A DNA stretch of 63,778 nt, counting the filler, from Ministeria vibrans ATCC 50519 (taxonomy: Eukaryota > Protista > Filasterea), in assembly GCA_943704425.1 (NCBI GenBank). It is 5 parts of 5 records of this genome, joined end to end, with 100 filler letters (N's around TTAATTAATTAA, not from the genome) between each part and the next. Parts side by side here need not be neighbours in the genome. Positions count along the whole stretch, not along the records: positions 1 to 31,420 come from CALSCP010001900.1; positions 31,521 to 48,177 come from CALSCP010000353.1; 3 more parts are not named here. One strand, given 5' to 3'. A program made the position numbers and the translations under genes. Positions 25,070 through 35,772 of the stretch are shown here, piece by piece. Positions within the stretch are counted from its first letter, which is position 1, and the number at the start of each line of letters is the position of its first letter. The notes beneath the pieces were generated by a model. That model ran no database searches. It was not told where the DNA came from and saw nothing but the letters and a program-made list of their open reading frames with translations.

Positions 25070-26811
25070 TTGAAGGGATTGAGGGTGAGTGTCTTGGGTG
25101 GATTATGCGTCAGATGGTTGAGTGTGTGTTGCCGGTGCATGCCCTAATGCCTGCTGTCATGGAGGCAGCCGCACACACACAGTACCGCCTCCAGCAGCAG
25201 CACAGGAGACACCACTCTCTTCTTGTGCCCTTTGCCGAAGATCAACTCATTGCTATGTTTCAGGATGTGGCGTCGGCGCAGCCGCAGCAATACTCGTGGG
25301 CATGTGCCGTGTTGGCCATGTTTCATGTGCTCTGTCGCAACGACCGCCGTCGTGTGACGCAAGCAACACCAACAGCGACTATAACGGACGAGCAACGACC
25401 GCAGCAGCAGCAACAGCGCCGTGCAGTGCCTTACTCCAGTGCGGTGATTGACGCGCTCCCTGCGCGTGCGCTGCTCACGCGTGCCCAAGCCGACCGCGAT
25501 GGCTATGCCAACATTTATGCGCCTCTTGTGGCCGTTGCTGTGCGCTGCTTTCCTCAACTGTTTGACACGTCTGAGTTGCTCATGCGCGACTTGCGACAGC
25601 AGCTTGAGGCACAACAACATCGGCAGCGACGTGTGCTGCCGTCGTGTGCGCACGCTCAGAGTGTTTTTGCGCAGGTGCACACACAACCGGCGGCTGTATG
25701 TCGTCTGCTGGATGACATGCAGAGCAGCGCGAGTGACGCTGAGCTATTGACACTGCTTGCGCCCACGGTAGACGTGCTTTTGCCGGCACTGATGGAAATG
25801 GGGGTGACTGCGCCGTTGGAGCTGCAGCGACGCTACGCCGTCGTGTGGGAGAAGCTTGCGTCATGCGCGCCCCGTCGCCTGTGGCTTGCCTCGTGCAATG
25901 CCATGCGCGACCCTCTCCTGCAGATTGCGCCGCTGACGCACGAGACACTTGTGCAAAGTCCCCTTGCGACCCTCCAGTGTCGTCTGTGTGTCTTTCGTAT
26001 GCCGCCGCTCTTTGAAGGGATCCTCTTGACTGTGCTGCGAGCGTATCTGTGCGAGAGTAGTGCGCAAGTGGATGCTACGGTACGTGAGGCCAGCGGCACC
26101 GCAACGGATCTACAGGAGATGTCGGGCACACTGGTGCGGGGCATGGAAGGCACTGCTCTCCTGGCGCTCTTGGGAGTGTGTCTGCGCTCAGAGGAGCTCG
26201 ATGGAAGTGTGGAGACGAGTAGTGAGAGTGAGAGTGCGCTTGTGCGTCGGTTTGACTGTGATGTGCTGAGTGCCATCCAGCGGGCCGTGTGCAGCTATGC
26301 CCACCAGGCCTTTATCCAGGACCCACTCCTCATGAAGTTTGTGCACGACAAAGGGTATGATTTGCGTTTGGTGCCGCTTACGGTTGCACATGTGCCGTCT
26401 ATGCACGTCTGTCTAGACTGGCTTCCCGAGCTGTTTGCGTCGCCGAGTGCGACGCAGCGGGCGTTTGCGGCGCGTCTTGCGGCAGCGCTTGCGGTGCGCT
26501 ATCCGCTGCCCAAGTCACTTGCTGTGTGCCATCAGGTCATTGCGTGTGTGCGAACTCTGATTCTTGCGGTGGGCGGTGCAGGGACAACGGCGGACGCCCT
26601 GCGCGCACGCACGGCGGCTCTCGACGCCCTCCCGGCTCTTGCCGACGTCTTCCGCGCCTTTCCCATGCTCTCCGACGACACCGTCAACGTGCTTGTGGCC
26701 GCCCGTGCCCGCCTCGACGCCGCTGCCGAGCCCGCTCTCCAGCGCGCCGTTGCACAGACCTTTTCGGCCATTGCCGATGACTTTGTACACGAAAAGAGAG
26801 TCCTCTCATGA
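23284..26811 (+). CDS. INTS2: Integrator complex subunit 2 (exons 23284-23298, 23365-26811)
   Basis: LRPLLPTLV; EMVLLVAIHFHNKQLESIAELVRTTL; VPVTPQLSAHHEGFLPIHCVYQLL; CSYAHQAFIQDPLLMKFVHDKGY..VPSMHVCLDWLPEL..YPLPKSL. All are characteristic INTS2 blocks. Confidence 0.9.
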
Positions 26812-26939
26812 GCAAACATAACGTGATATATAAAAGAAAAGCTATACAATTTATTAATTTTTTTACTATTATAATGAAATTAAACAAGACACAAACACAA
26901 AGAAAGAAAAAGAATAAAATAGACGTATAGGAAAACAAG

Positions 26940-28034
26940 TCAGCGACGAGAGGAGAGGGAAAAGCGGGCGCGGGCACCGGCGGCATGAGCGGCAAAAAGC
27001 ACGGGAGGCGTAACGGCCTGGCCGGGCGCCTGTCCTTCCTGCGCCTTCTGCTGCTCAAGCGTCAGCGGTGGGTCCATCCACTCAAAGAAGCGGCACTTGT
27101 CGGGATCGCCCATCTTCTTGCTGCACGTGACAAAGCGCCGCCCAATGTTCTCTGGTTTACCCTTCTTGGAAACAAACATGATGGATGGATAGCCGCACTG
27201 GCACGGCGGGGTGTCCTCGGTGGCGAGGGAACGCTGCGCCGCCTGCTGTTGGTGCCGTAGATTGTCATTTTTGGCTGCGTTGCTGCGCTTCCATGCCTGC
27301 GTCTGTTCGAGTTTCTGGCGTTCGCTTTGGTTTTGTTCGTTGAGGCGCTCTAACAAGCGCATTTTCCGCTGCGCTTCGCGTTCGCGAGCAAAGAACACCT
27401 CTTCGGTGGCGCTGAGGGGTCGTGAGGGCATGGGACGGGAGTAAACAGTGGGCGAAGGGGCGCGCGGTGCGGATGGTGGTGGTGGTGGTGGTGGGGAGGG
27501 GTCGCAAGCAGCCGTGGCGGAGTGGGGAGCGGTGTCGAGGAGCGACGCCGCAATCGCCTGTGCAATCTGCCGATCTTCTTCGGCCTGCAGCCGCTGCGCT
27601 TCGCTCTGTTGGTCAAACTGCTGTGGGGTATGCGGTGGGACGTGGTTGAGCCTCGCACAGGCCCTCTCGGCCTCTTCGAATTGCTCCTGGACAAGCAGCG
27701 CTTCGCGGTCGAGTTCCTGTTGAGCCATTTCGACGCGCATTGCCTCTTCGACCAACCGCCGCTCTTCGCGCATGAGTCGCCGCGGACTGGTCGCTGCGAC
27801 GTCTGCGTCGGCTTCGCGTTGGCGTTTGGCAGGCCGTCTGAGCGGGGAGCCTGGGTCGCGCGAGTGGAGCTGCAGCGGGAGCGGAGGGGAGCACGTCGCG
27901 GTGGTCGACGCGCAGGCGGACTGCGCGGTGCACGGGGCGTCTGCTGTGCCCGCATCCGTGTCAAACGCGGATCCCCACAGGAGCACTTCGTCGTCGTCGT
28001 CGTCGTCGTCCGATCCGACCAAGTACGCATCCAT
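26940..28034 (-). CDS. Intronless protein with NLS-like motif, UIM-like motif, coiled coil and C-terminal GRF-type zinc finger
   Basis: GRF finger CQCGYPSIMFVSKKGKPENIGRRFVTCSK..CRFFEWMD; UIM-like EEDRQIAQAIAASLLD; basic RRPAKRQR; ATG at 28034 follows an AT-rich spacer. Confidence 0.8.
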   Translation of the reverse strand: MDAYLVGSDDDDDDDEVLLWGSAFDTDAGTADAPCTAQSACASTTATCSPPLPLQLHSRDPGSPLRRPAKRQREADADVAATSPRRLMREERRLVEEAMRVEMAQQELDREALLVQEQFEEAERACARLNHVPPHTPQQFDQQSEAQRLQAEEDRQIAQAIAASLLDTAPHSATAACDPSPPPPPPPSAPRAPSPTVYSRPMPSRPLSATEEVFFAREREAQRKMRLLERLNEQNQSERQKLEQTQAWKRSNAAKNDNLRHQQQAAQRSLATEDTPPCQCGYPSIMFVSKKGKPENIGRRFVTCSKKMGDPDKCRFFEWMDPPLTLEQQKAQEGQAPGQAVTPPVLFAAHAAGARARFSLSSRR

Positions 28035-28165
28035 TTTCTTGTGCAAGGAAAATAATAATAATAATAATAATAATAAATTTTTTTTTTTTTTTTTTAGAAT
28101 TTTGATTTTGGAATAGAATGGAATTTGGACAAGAGGGAAATGTTTGTGCTTCACTGATGATGAAA

Positions 28166-28771
28166 CTAGTAGCCGAGGGCAGAGAGCTTGTCCTGGACGG
28201 GGGCAAGGGCAGCCTTGGCATTGGTGACGGCGGCCGCCTTGAGGTTGGTCGCCTGCTTCTTCTTCTGGTAGAAGGCCTCGGACTTGGCCTTGCGCTTGGT
28301 CTCCAGGTCGGCCACGACCGACTGGTACTTCCAGCCGACCTCGTGCGAGAGACGGCCGAGCTTGCAGAAGCGGCGCTTGGGTCGCAGGCGGACGACGCGC
28401 AATGCCTGTGGGACGACGACACGCTTCATCTTGTCGTAGGGCGGGGGGATGCCCTCGAAGGTCTTGAGGCGCTCAAGAGCCTTGAGGCCACGGGCCGACT
28501 TGTGCGGCATCATGCCACGGGTCACACGCCACAGAATGCGCGACGGCGAGCGGAGATGGAACGGACCGTTGTTAGGGTCGACGTTGCAACGCTACACCAA
28601 TGAAAATAATGAATGTCAAAGAAAGAAAGAAAGGTTGTTGCATTTCTTTCCGTCTTTGTACCTTTCGGAGGAAAGCAGCGTACTTAATCTTGTTACGGAA
28701 GAAGCTGCCGGAGATGTTGATCTCCTCGCAACGAACAACGGTGACCTTCTGGCCCGAAAGGAGCTCCTGAA

Positions 28772-28809
<38 letters not shown>

Positions 28810-29158
28810 TGATAGAGAGAGAGAGAGAAAGTGATAGAGAGAGAGAAACAAAGTGATAGAGAGAGAGAGAAACAAAGTGATAGAGAGAGAGAGAAACAAA
28901 GTGATAGAGAGAGAGAGAGAAACAAAGATAGAGTATTAATACGATGTTTCAATAAGGACTCTCTGTCGTACCTTGGCAATGGTGCTAGCCAGGCGGCCCA
29001 TAAGGTGGCCCCTGCCGTCAATGACGATTTCCTGTTGAAGGGAAGAGGCGAGGATGAGAGGGGAGCGCGGGAGGGGGTGGGGAAAGACGAGAGAAGGGCT
29101 GTTGCGCTCGTTTCGGCGCTTGGGCGCAGTTGCACGTGTCGCGTACCTTCTCAAACAT
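28166..29158 (-). CDS. RPL13A: 60S ribosomal protein L13a (uL13); exons 29158-29147, 29031-28972, 28766-28662, 28591-28166
   Basis: MFEK|[20 protein letters not shown]|[29 protein letters not shown]..|[51 protein letters not shown]; three phase-0 GT-AG introns. Confidence 0.97.
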
Positions 29159-29681
29159 TATATATAGGTGTGTCGGTCGAGAAAGAGAACCTCCTGAATG
29201 GCGTCGAGGGAAAGAGAGAGAAACGAGTGAGTGACATGAGAGAAAGTGAAAGAGAAAAAAAAAAAAAGGCCCTTTGGCACATAGAGAAGAAGAAGAGAGA
29301 ACAACGAGTATGGAATGTGTCCCAGTGGGTGTCGCAAGGACGAGGGTGCCGGCGGTGAGGCGAACAGCGCGCTGACAACGACGCAGAGCGCAGCAGCACA
29401 CACGCAAAAAAAAAAAAAAAAAAAAAAGGACCATCCTATGGCACACACGAAGGACGCTGAGGGAAGACACGTGGGGAGCACGGGGACACACGCACGAGAG
29501 GCCGTCCCCGGCGCGGGTGCGCGTCCGCCCGCCATGCCTGCCTTGGTCGTATTCGGGCACGAGGCGAATGTGTCTTGAGAGAAGCACAAAAAAAAAAAAA
29601 TTCTCTCTCGATTTTTTGGGGGATTGCGAATCGTTAGGATGTCTTCACCGACCTCCGATTACGCAGGAAACCGCGACGTAC

Positions 29682-29715
29682 CGTTCAAAAGACTTGACGA
29701 CAACAAAAAAAAAGG
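29682..29715 (-). promoter_or_regulatory. TOP-like start and non-coding first exon of RPL13A (5'UTR intron ~29194-29681)
   Basis: Minus strand reads TTCCTTTTTTTTTGTTGTCGTCAAGTCTTTTGAACG|GTACGTCG. Candidate acceptor CATTCAG at 29194-29195, 35 nt before the ATG. Confidence 0.55.
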
Positions 29716-29957
29716 AATTTGAAGGAGTTGGAGGTTTTTCATTTAGGCCAGTGATCACTTCGCACAGAGCGGCACAGCGCATTGATGCGTCTGTCTTTTC
29801 GTCACTCGTCACTTTGAGGTCACTCAGTTTATTCACTCTATTGGTTCGACACACTTGGATGCGTTTGCCTACCTGCTCTAGCGAGATATTTTGCATTGTA
29901 TTTTCACTTGATGATTGATCACTGATTTATCTATCATCTTTCTCCACGTCTCACTCA

Positions 29958-30979
29958 ATGTCGGGCAAAGATGAAGCCACAACTGTGGACAAGTGGGACG
30001 GGAATGCGGTGAAAAACGCTCTTGATGATGCAGCCAAAGAGGTTTGAATGCCACTGCGTCGTCTCCCGCCCCTCTCTCGCTCTCTGCTGCCTCCCTGTGG
30101 GCACGGCCAGCCTCAACACCCCGCTCCATACACACAACGCTCTCATGTTCCCTTGATTGTGTTCTTCTGCAGGCTCTGATGCAGATTGCGACGTCCTTTA
30201 AGCCTGACTATGGTGTTGTCGACATAAAAATCGCCTTCTCCACTCTCGCCTGCTGCTTTTCCGCCTTTGCCCTTGTCTATGGCTTCTTCAGTAAGTAGGC
30301 TTGTGTCTGTGACGGAGCATGAAGCGCCCTGTCGAGCGCAACGCAACAGGTTGACACAGTCTCATTCTCATATTATAATATTATGCTTTCGTTTCTTAGT
30401 TCCTTTCCCAGACTGTCGTGACGTGATGGCAATATGTGCCATTGGCTACTTTGTTCTGGCGGGTCTTGCAAACTTTGTGACCTTCTTCGTCGAAGGCGAC
30501 AGTATTGCCCGAGCACGATCAACCGAGGTGAGAGCGCATCAGTGTACACACACCCTACACAAGCTGAGCGCACGCACGAAGCACACACACTATGCACAAA
30601 CTAAGCATATTCACTAAGCGCAGGCACATACGCACATACAAAAACGCATTACACTAAGCGCGCGCACACATGCACTAAGCACATACATTCACAAACACAC
30701 ACACTCGCACACTCGCACGCCGTACTTTTCTCAATGCTTTGTATCTTGTCCACGTTGTAGAACAAAACGGTTCTCTACCTCGAGTCGAAACTCCCTCGTT
30801 TTGACAGCACCTACCAACTAACGCTGGTCAACAGCAACGCCGGCAGTGAGGTGGCGCGCCAGACGGCCGCCGGTAGCATTGGCGACTTTATCCACGAAGA
30901 CGGCAAAATTTCCCACTCGGCCATGCGTTCCGTGGTGGCCTCTCTCTTTGCTGGGGTGGCTGGAAAGAAGTCTGATTAG
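29958..30979 (+). CDS. SPCS2: Signal peptidase complex subunit 2 (SPC25), 4 exons
   Basis: VDKWDGNAVKNALDDAAKE; two TM helices with PFPDCRDVMAICAIGYFVL; SKLPRFDSTYQL; SIGDFIHEDG. Confidence 0.9.
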
Positions 30980-31258
30980 GGAAATGGATAGCGTGAGAGG
31001 TGTACAGTACAGAGAAGTTGAAGTTTGTTTTAGTTTTTGAGTGTGTCTGTAGGAGTTACGCGCCTTTTCCTGCCTACTACTCGCTCCATACTACTTAGAG
31101 GCCAGTTGGAAGAACGGTATATATAGTGTGCGTGTAAGAGGGAGAGTGAGACAGGGATGGAGGGTGCAAACAGATCATCACACCGAAGCTTACGCGCAGA
31201 GTAGCACACGCGCACTCGTCGCCTTTGAAACGCCAATATATGTATTGTATATGAATAT

Positions 31259-31379
31259 GAAAGTACTCTCAAAGTAGCTGTGATTCACTCACTCACTCAC
31301 TCACTTCTGAGCCAACTGAAAGTACTCTCAAAGTAGCTGTGATTCACTCACTCACTCACTCACTTCTGAGCCAACTGAA
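31259..31379. repeat. Perfect 59-bp direct tandem duplication
   Basis: GAAAGTACTCTCAAAGTAGCTGTGATTCACTCACTCACTCACTCACTTCTGAGCCAACT occurs twice head-to-tail, about 40 bp from a contig end. Confidence 0.9.
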
Positions 31380-31420
31380 TCTGTCAAACAAACAATAATG
31401 AACAGATTGTCAGATTACGA

Positions 31421-31520
31421 NNNNNNNNNNNNNNNNNNNNNNNNNNNNNNNNNNNNNNNNNNNNTTAATTAATTAANNNNNNNNNNNNNNNNNNNNNNNN
31501 NNNNNNNNNNNNNNNNNNNN
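31421..31520. other. Artificial contig spacer N44-TTAATTAATTAA-N44
   Basis: Palindromic six-frame-stop 12-mer flanked by equal N runs; identical at four places. Confidence 0.98.
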
Positions 31521-31558
<38 letters not shown>

Positions 31559-31578
31559 AACAAAGTGATAGAGAGTCT

Positions 31579-31671
<93 letters not shown>

Positions 31672-31738
31672 TTTGTCTTGCGTGTGTGTGAATGAGAGAG
31701 GACTGGTATTGATTTTTTTCTCTTTGTGTATTGCATAG

Positions 31739-31952
31739 CACAAGTGTTACATTGTGGCGACATGCGATCGCGACTTGAAGCGACGCATTCGCAAGGTGCC
31801 TGGAGTGCCCATCATGTACATTGTGCAACATCGATTCAGTATTGAGCGGATGCCCGATGCATTTGGAGGTAGACACATCGACACACAGACAAAGCCACAC
31901 TAAGAATGTACTGACTACGTGCATTGTTTCCGATATAGCACCGCGAGTGTAA
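31739..31952 (+). CDS. FCF1: rRNA-processing PIN nuclease FCF1/UTP24, last two exons (5' part lost at contig edge)
   Basis: [47 protein letters not shown]. Confidence 0.92.
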
Positions 31953-32073
31953 GAGGTAGCGAGCGAATTCAAATAAAAGTGTACATAGAGTGAGAGAGGG
32001 AAGGGGGAAGAGGGGGGAAGTAAACAGTGAAGAAAAAAAGAGACACATGAATATGGTACAGACAAGGGAAAAA

Positions 32074-33741
32074 TCACTCCGGGGCAAGACGGGCCGTGCG
32101 CATCATGGCGGCCATGTTGCGTGCGGCGTCCGAATGGCGCTGCACCCCGCCGTTGAAGGAGCGCGTGCAGTCCTTGCCGAGCAAGCGGGCGATGATGGTG
32201 GCGCCCCCTGGATGCTCGGGCAGGAAAGCACTCACGTCCAGCACAAAGTTGTCCAGCAGAATCAGGCTCTGGGCATGTGTGCAAACCCAGTCCGTCAGTC
32301 ATTTGATGTGCGTCTAAAAAAATACATGATATGCAACATACCTTTCCTTCGTCGTCGATCAACCGTTGCATCTCCGATTGGCTCATGAGCGGCAGATCCG
32401 CCTCCTTTGGCCCAAAGTCAAGCAACTTGCGCTTCTCCTTTAGGCGCTCCTCCTGAATCTGCACGCGCACCTGTACGCGACACGCCAAAAAAGAGGGTGT
32501 GTGTCAGGAGAGGAGTGGACGGGAGGGGGGGTACCTTGAGGATCTCCTTGAAGGGTGTCTTCTTGAGATTGCGCGCCAGACCACACCAGTTAAGCAGCCG
32601 TAGGACCCACTTGGTCGCATCGAGATGGAAGTAGCGGCAGCCCAGACGGTAGTCCTGAGGGAATTCAAAGTGGAAGTTGAGGTGGTTCTCGCCGAGGGTG
32701 AGGATGCTGAGGGGCGCTGAGTCGCGCGCACTGGTGCGCACAGAGTAGGGTCGGTGCGAGAAGAGTAGACGCGAATGGCCCAGCGCACGCGTCAGGTAGT
32801 GAATATGCAGGAAGAACAGGGTGCGCAGCATGCCCGCAATGAATAGTCCGCCCTGCAATGCAACAAGTGTGTCATAGACGCAGCAGTGCTTGTGCGCGTG
32901 TCAGTCAGTGGTGCGTGCGTACCAGCGGATCGTCCCAAGCGACCGTCGCAAGGACTGCCGGAAAGATCCAGGCGACGACCACTGAGATGACTGGGTAGAA
33001 GCGGTGCTGGGAGCGCACCACGGGATCATGCCAGAGGTCTGCGACGTCGGCCGTGCCCACTTTGGTGAGGTCGCGAATGTGGCAAGTGAAGTAGGTGTAG
33101 AAGAATCTACGCGAAGCAAATGAGACTTTCAGCGACGCGCATGCATCAGCGGGGGGGAGGGAGTGGAACGTGTGAGAGGGGCAATGGGGGATAGAGAGTT
33201 GCGATTAAGGCTCGCATGGGCGACTTGGGAATGTCGCGTGATCGGATTTTGACGGTGCAAGTTCTCCCCAACCCCCCAGATGAGGGGAAAGCACGGGATG
33301 GCGGGAATTATGGCGTACCCGCGATGGATATTGAACGGATCATCTTCCGTGTCCACGTGGCGATGGTGGGCGCGGTGATCGCGACACCACTGGTGGATGG
33401 ATCCAAGGAAGTTGCCGGCGCCGAACAGCGCCAGGAACAGACGCAGAAGAATCGTCGCATCGTACGTCTTGTGCGCCCACAAGCGATGGTAGCCAGCGGT
33501 ATAAGCAAAGCCTAGAAGAGGAAGAGGTGGGCGAGGAGGGGGAGGAGGGAGTTGCAGCATGAGAGGAGGGAGAGGGGGGACTGAGGGAGCACGGACCAAA
33601 AGTGAAGTGGAGGACAATGGCAAGTGCAACGGTCTTCCATTCGATGGCGGGCACGAGGAAGACAAGGCCATAGAAGGTGGCCACGGGCAAGGCGAGATGG
33701 AAGATCAACGAGGGAAGGTGGATAGGAGGAAGAGGCTTCAT
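32074..33741 (-). CDS. Ole1-type delta-9 fatty acyl-CoA desaturase homolog with C-terminal cytochrome b5 domain; third His box degenerate
   Basis: TAGYHRLWAH; WCRDHRAHHRHVDTEDDP; LTLGENHLNFHFEFPQDYR..DATKW; b5 domain VLDVSAFLPEHPGG..GKDCTRSFNGGVQRHSDAA; multi-exon GT-AG model. Confidence 0.88.
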
Positions 33742-33928
33742 GGCACACACCAAATTAAAAAAGGAGCAAACTGACTGAAATAAGATTAATAAGTAATAAC
33801 AGATTTTAGTAATAACAGATAACTGAATTGAGTTATATTTGAGTGAATTCTGAAACTTGAAAGATTAAAGAAACTATTTGAGTTATTGAGTAGAAACTGA
33901 CTCGCTTGTTCATTGTATTCAGCAAATC

Positions 33929-35114
33929 TTAGAAGGCAAAGTACTGGTCGGAAGTGAAGCCGAGCTTCTCAAGAGCGGGCTCGCAAGCATATTTGAGCAT
34001 GGGAGGAGGACCGCACATCATGATGAAGGACTCGGGCGAGGCGGCGGGAAGATGCTCCTTGATCATATCGGCATTGACAAAGCTACGAGGGATGTAAGAA
34101 GGTGTGATGGAGAAGAGGGAGCAGAACGTACCCTTGAGAGTAGCCCCAGCCCTCGGGAGCCTGATCGAGAGTGAAGTGGAGGTGGAAGTTGGAGTGCTGC
34201 TCGGCAAGGGCCTCGAGCTCAGCGCGCAGGAGAATGTCTTTTTCAGTCTGGTTGGCAAAGAGCAGCGACATGCGCACCTGCTGGGAGTGGGGCTCTTTGA
34301 GAATGGCTGTGATGACCTGCAGCATGGGCGTGATGCCGGTTCCGCCCGCAATGAAACCAATGTGCTTCGCACTCACTGTGCTCTCGCCCTTGCCGGGTCG
34401 TCGGATGACGCTCTGGCCCTTGCCCGTGTACGTCAACTTGCCCTGAGGTCCCTTCACGTCGATGGTGTCGTTAATCCGCATCGATTCTAAGTACTGCGAC
34501 ATTTTGCCTGCACAGAACATCAAAGGTGAGTGAGAAATGCGCTTGAGAAATGCCGGTGGGCCTGACCTCCCGCGGGGAACTTGGGGTGCGTGTCCTTGAA
34601 GTACACCTTGACAACCAGGTCGAAGTAGCCAATGTCGTCGTCGGAGCTACAGAAGAATACAGTACACGATCATTTCCATTGTTGTCGTCGAGTACGATGC
34701 AGTTCAGAGGATCATTCTCGGTTCCTCTTACCTGGTGGGTGTGTAGGGGCGCGAGACAAATTCGTTGTCAATGGTCGCACTGAGAAACATGTGCTTGCCG
34801 ACAGGCAGGCCAAGAACGTGTTGGGGCGTAGGGAGAGCAAAACGGAAGCGACGGGTGTCGTGCGAGAGGACATCCTGGAAAGCAGTGCACAGGTTAGTCA
34901 TCGCGAACGAAACAACACAAGGGTTGGGCATGGAAGTGGAGTGAAAGGAGATGCGTTACGGTACTTTTCGGATCAGCTTGACGGCCTGGCGCTGAGTGGG
35001 GTCGGCGAGAAAGACGGGCGCTGTGCGTTTGCGCACGAGCATAAACACGACGGTTGCCGCCACGACGGCAGCTGCCGCGATCACGCCCGGGTTGTTGAAA
35101 TCAAATCCGGACAT
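33929..35114 (-). CDS. CYB5R: NADH-cytochrome b5 reductase with N-terminal membrane anchor
   Basis: [27 protein letters not shown]; GKMSQYL; KGPQG; [12 protein letters not shown]; [14 protein letters not shown]; CGPPPM. Confidence 0.95.
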
Positions 35115-35673
35115 CTATACACATTGTGGCGTGGAGCGAGCGATCAACGACGGGTGTGAGTGAGGGGAGGAGTGCATTTCACGCAAGTGCTGACACATCA
35201 CACTCAACAAGTGCAATCGATGCGTTGCAGGGAGGCATGGAAGGGTGGGAAATGAAGGAGGGTAAGGGGGGTCATCGCGGGGCGTCGTGGCGTCGTGGCG
35301 AGCGCAGGACGACGAGACATGCATGTTTTATTTTAATTTTGTGGATGAGTGAGGGGAAAGGCCAATGAAAAGCGAAGTTGAAACAAGAAGGCAGGGAGGG
35401 AAGAACGCGGCGCACGGAGGGCAAGGGAAGGGGCGTTGGGTCATGGGTGTGCTACAGCAGGGAAGGGGGAAGCGGAGGGAGAGGAGGGGCGACGAGAGGG
35501 AAAGCATGTCGACGTTGACGAAAGCCCGATCAGCTCTGGCCGTGATAGTTGGTACCTGACTACCGAGGGTAAGCTAATAAGACAATGTAACACAGAATAA
35601 ACTGTGGAAAAATAAAAAAGTATTCCCAAAGTCCCAATAATAAACTTTATCTCTGATGAGTGCATTTTATTTC

Positions 35674-35712
<39 letters not shown>

Positions 35713-35772
35713 TATCATCCACCGATTGGGATCTGACCCACACAAGAGACCCTCAATAGTGTGTCTACGTTG

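Noticed and set aside
31259-31379. 59-bp duplication as a target-site duplication or element end
   Set aside because: Head-to-tail with nothing between and next to a contig end; likely local slippage or assembly artefact.
31465-31476. Palindrome TTAATTAATTAA recurring four times as a possible biological site
   Set aside because: Always centred in N44 flanks; it is a six-frame-stop assembly linker.
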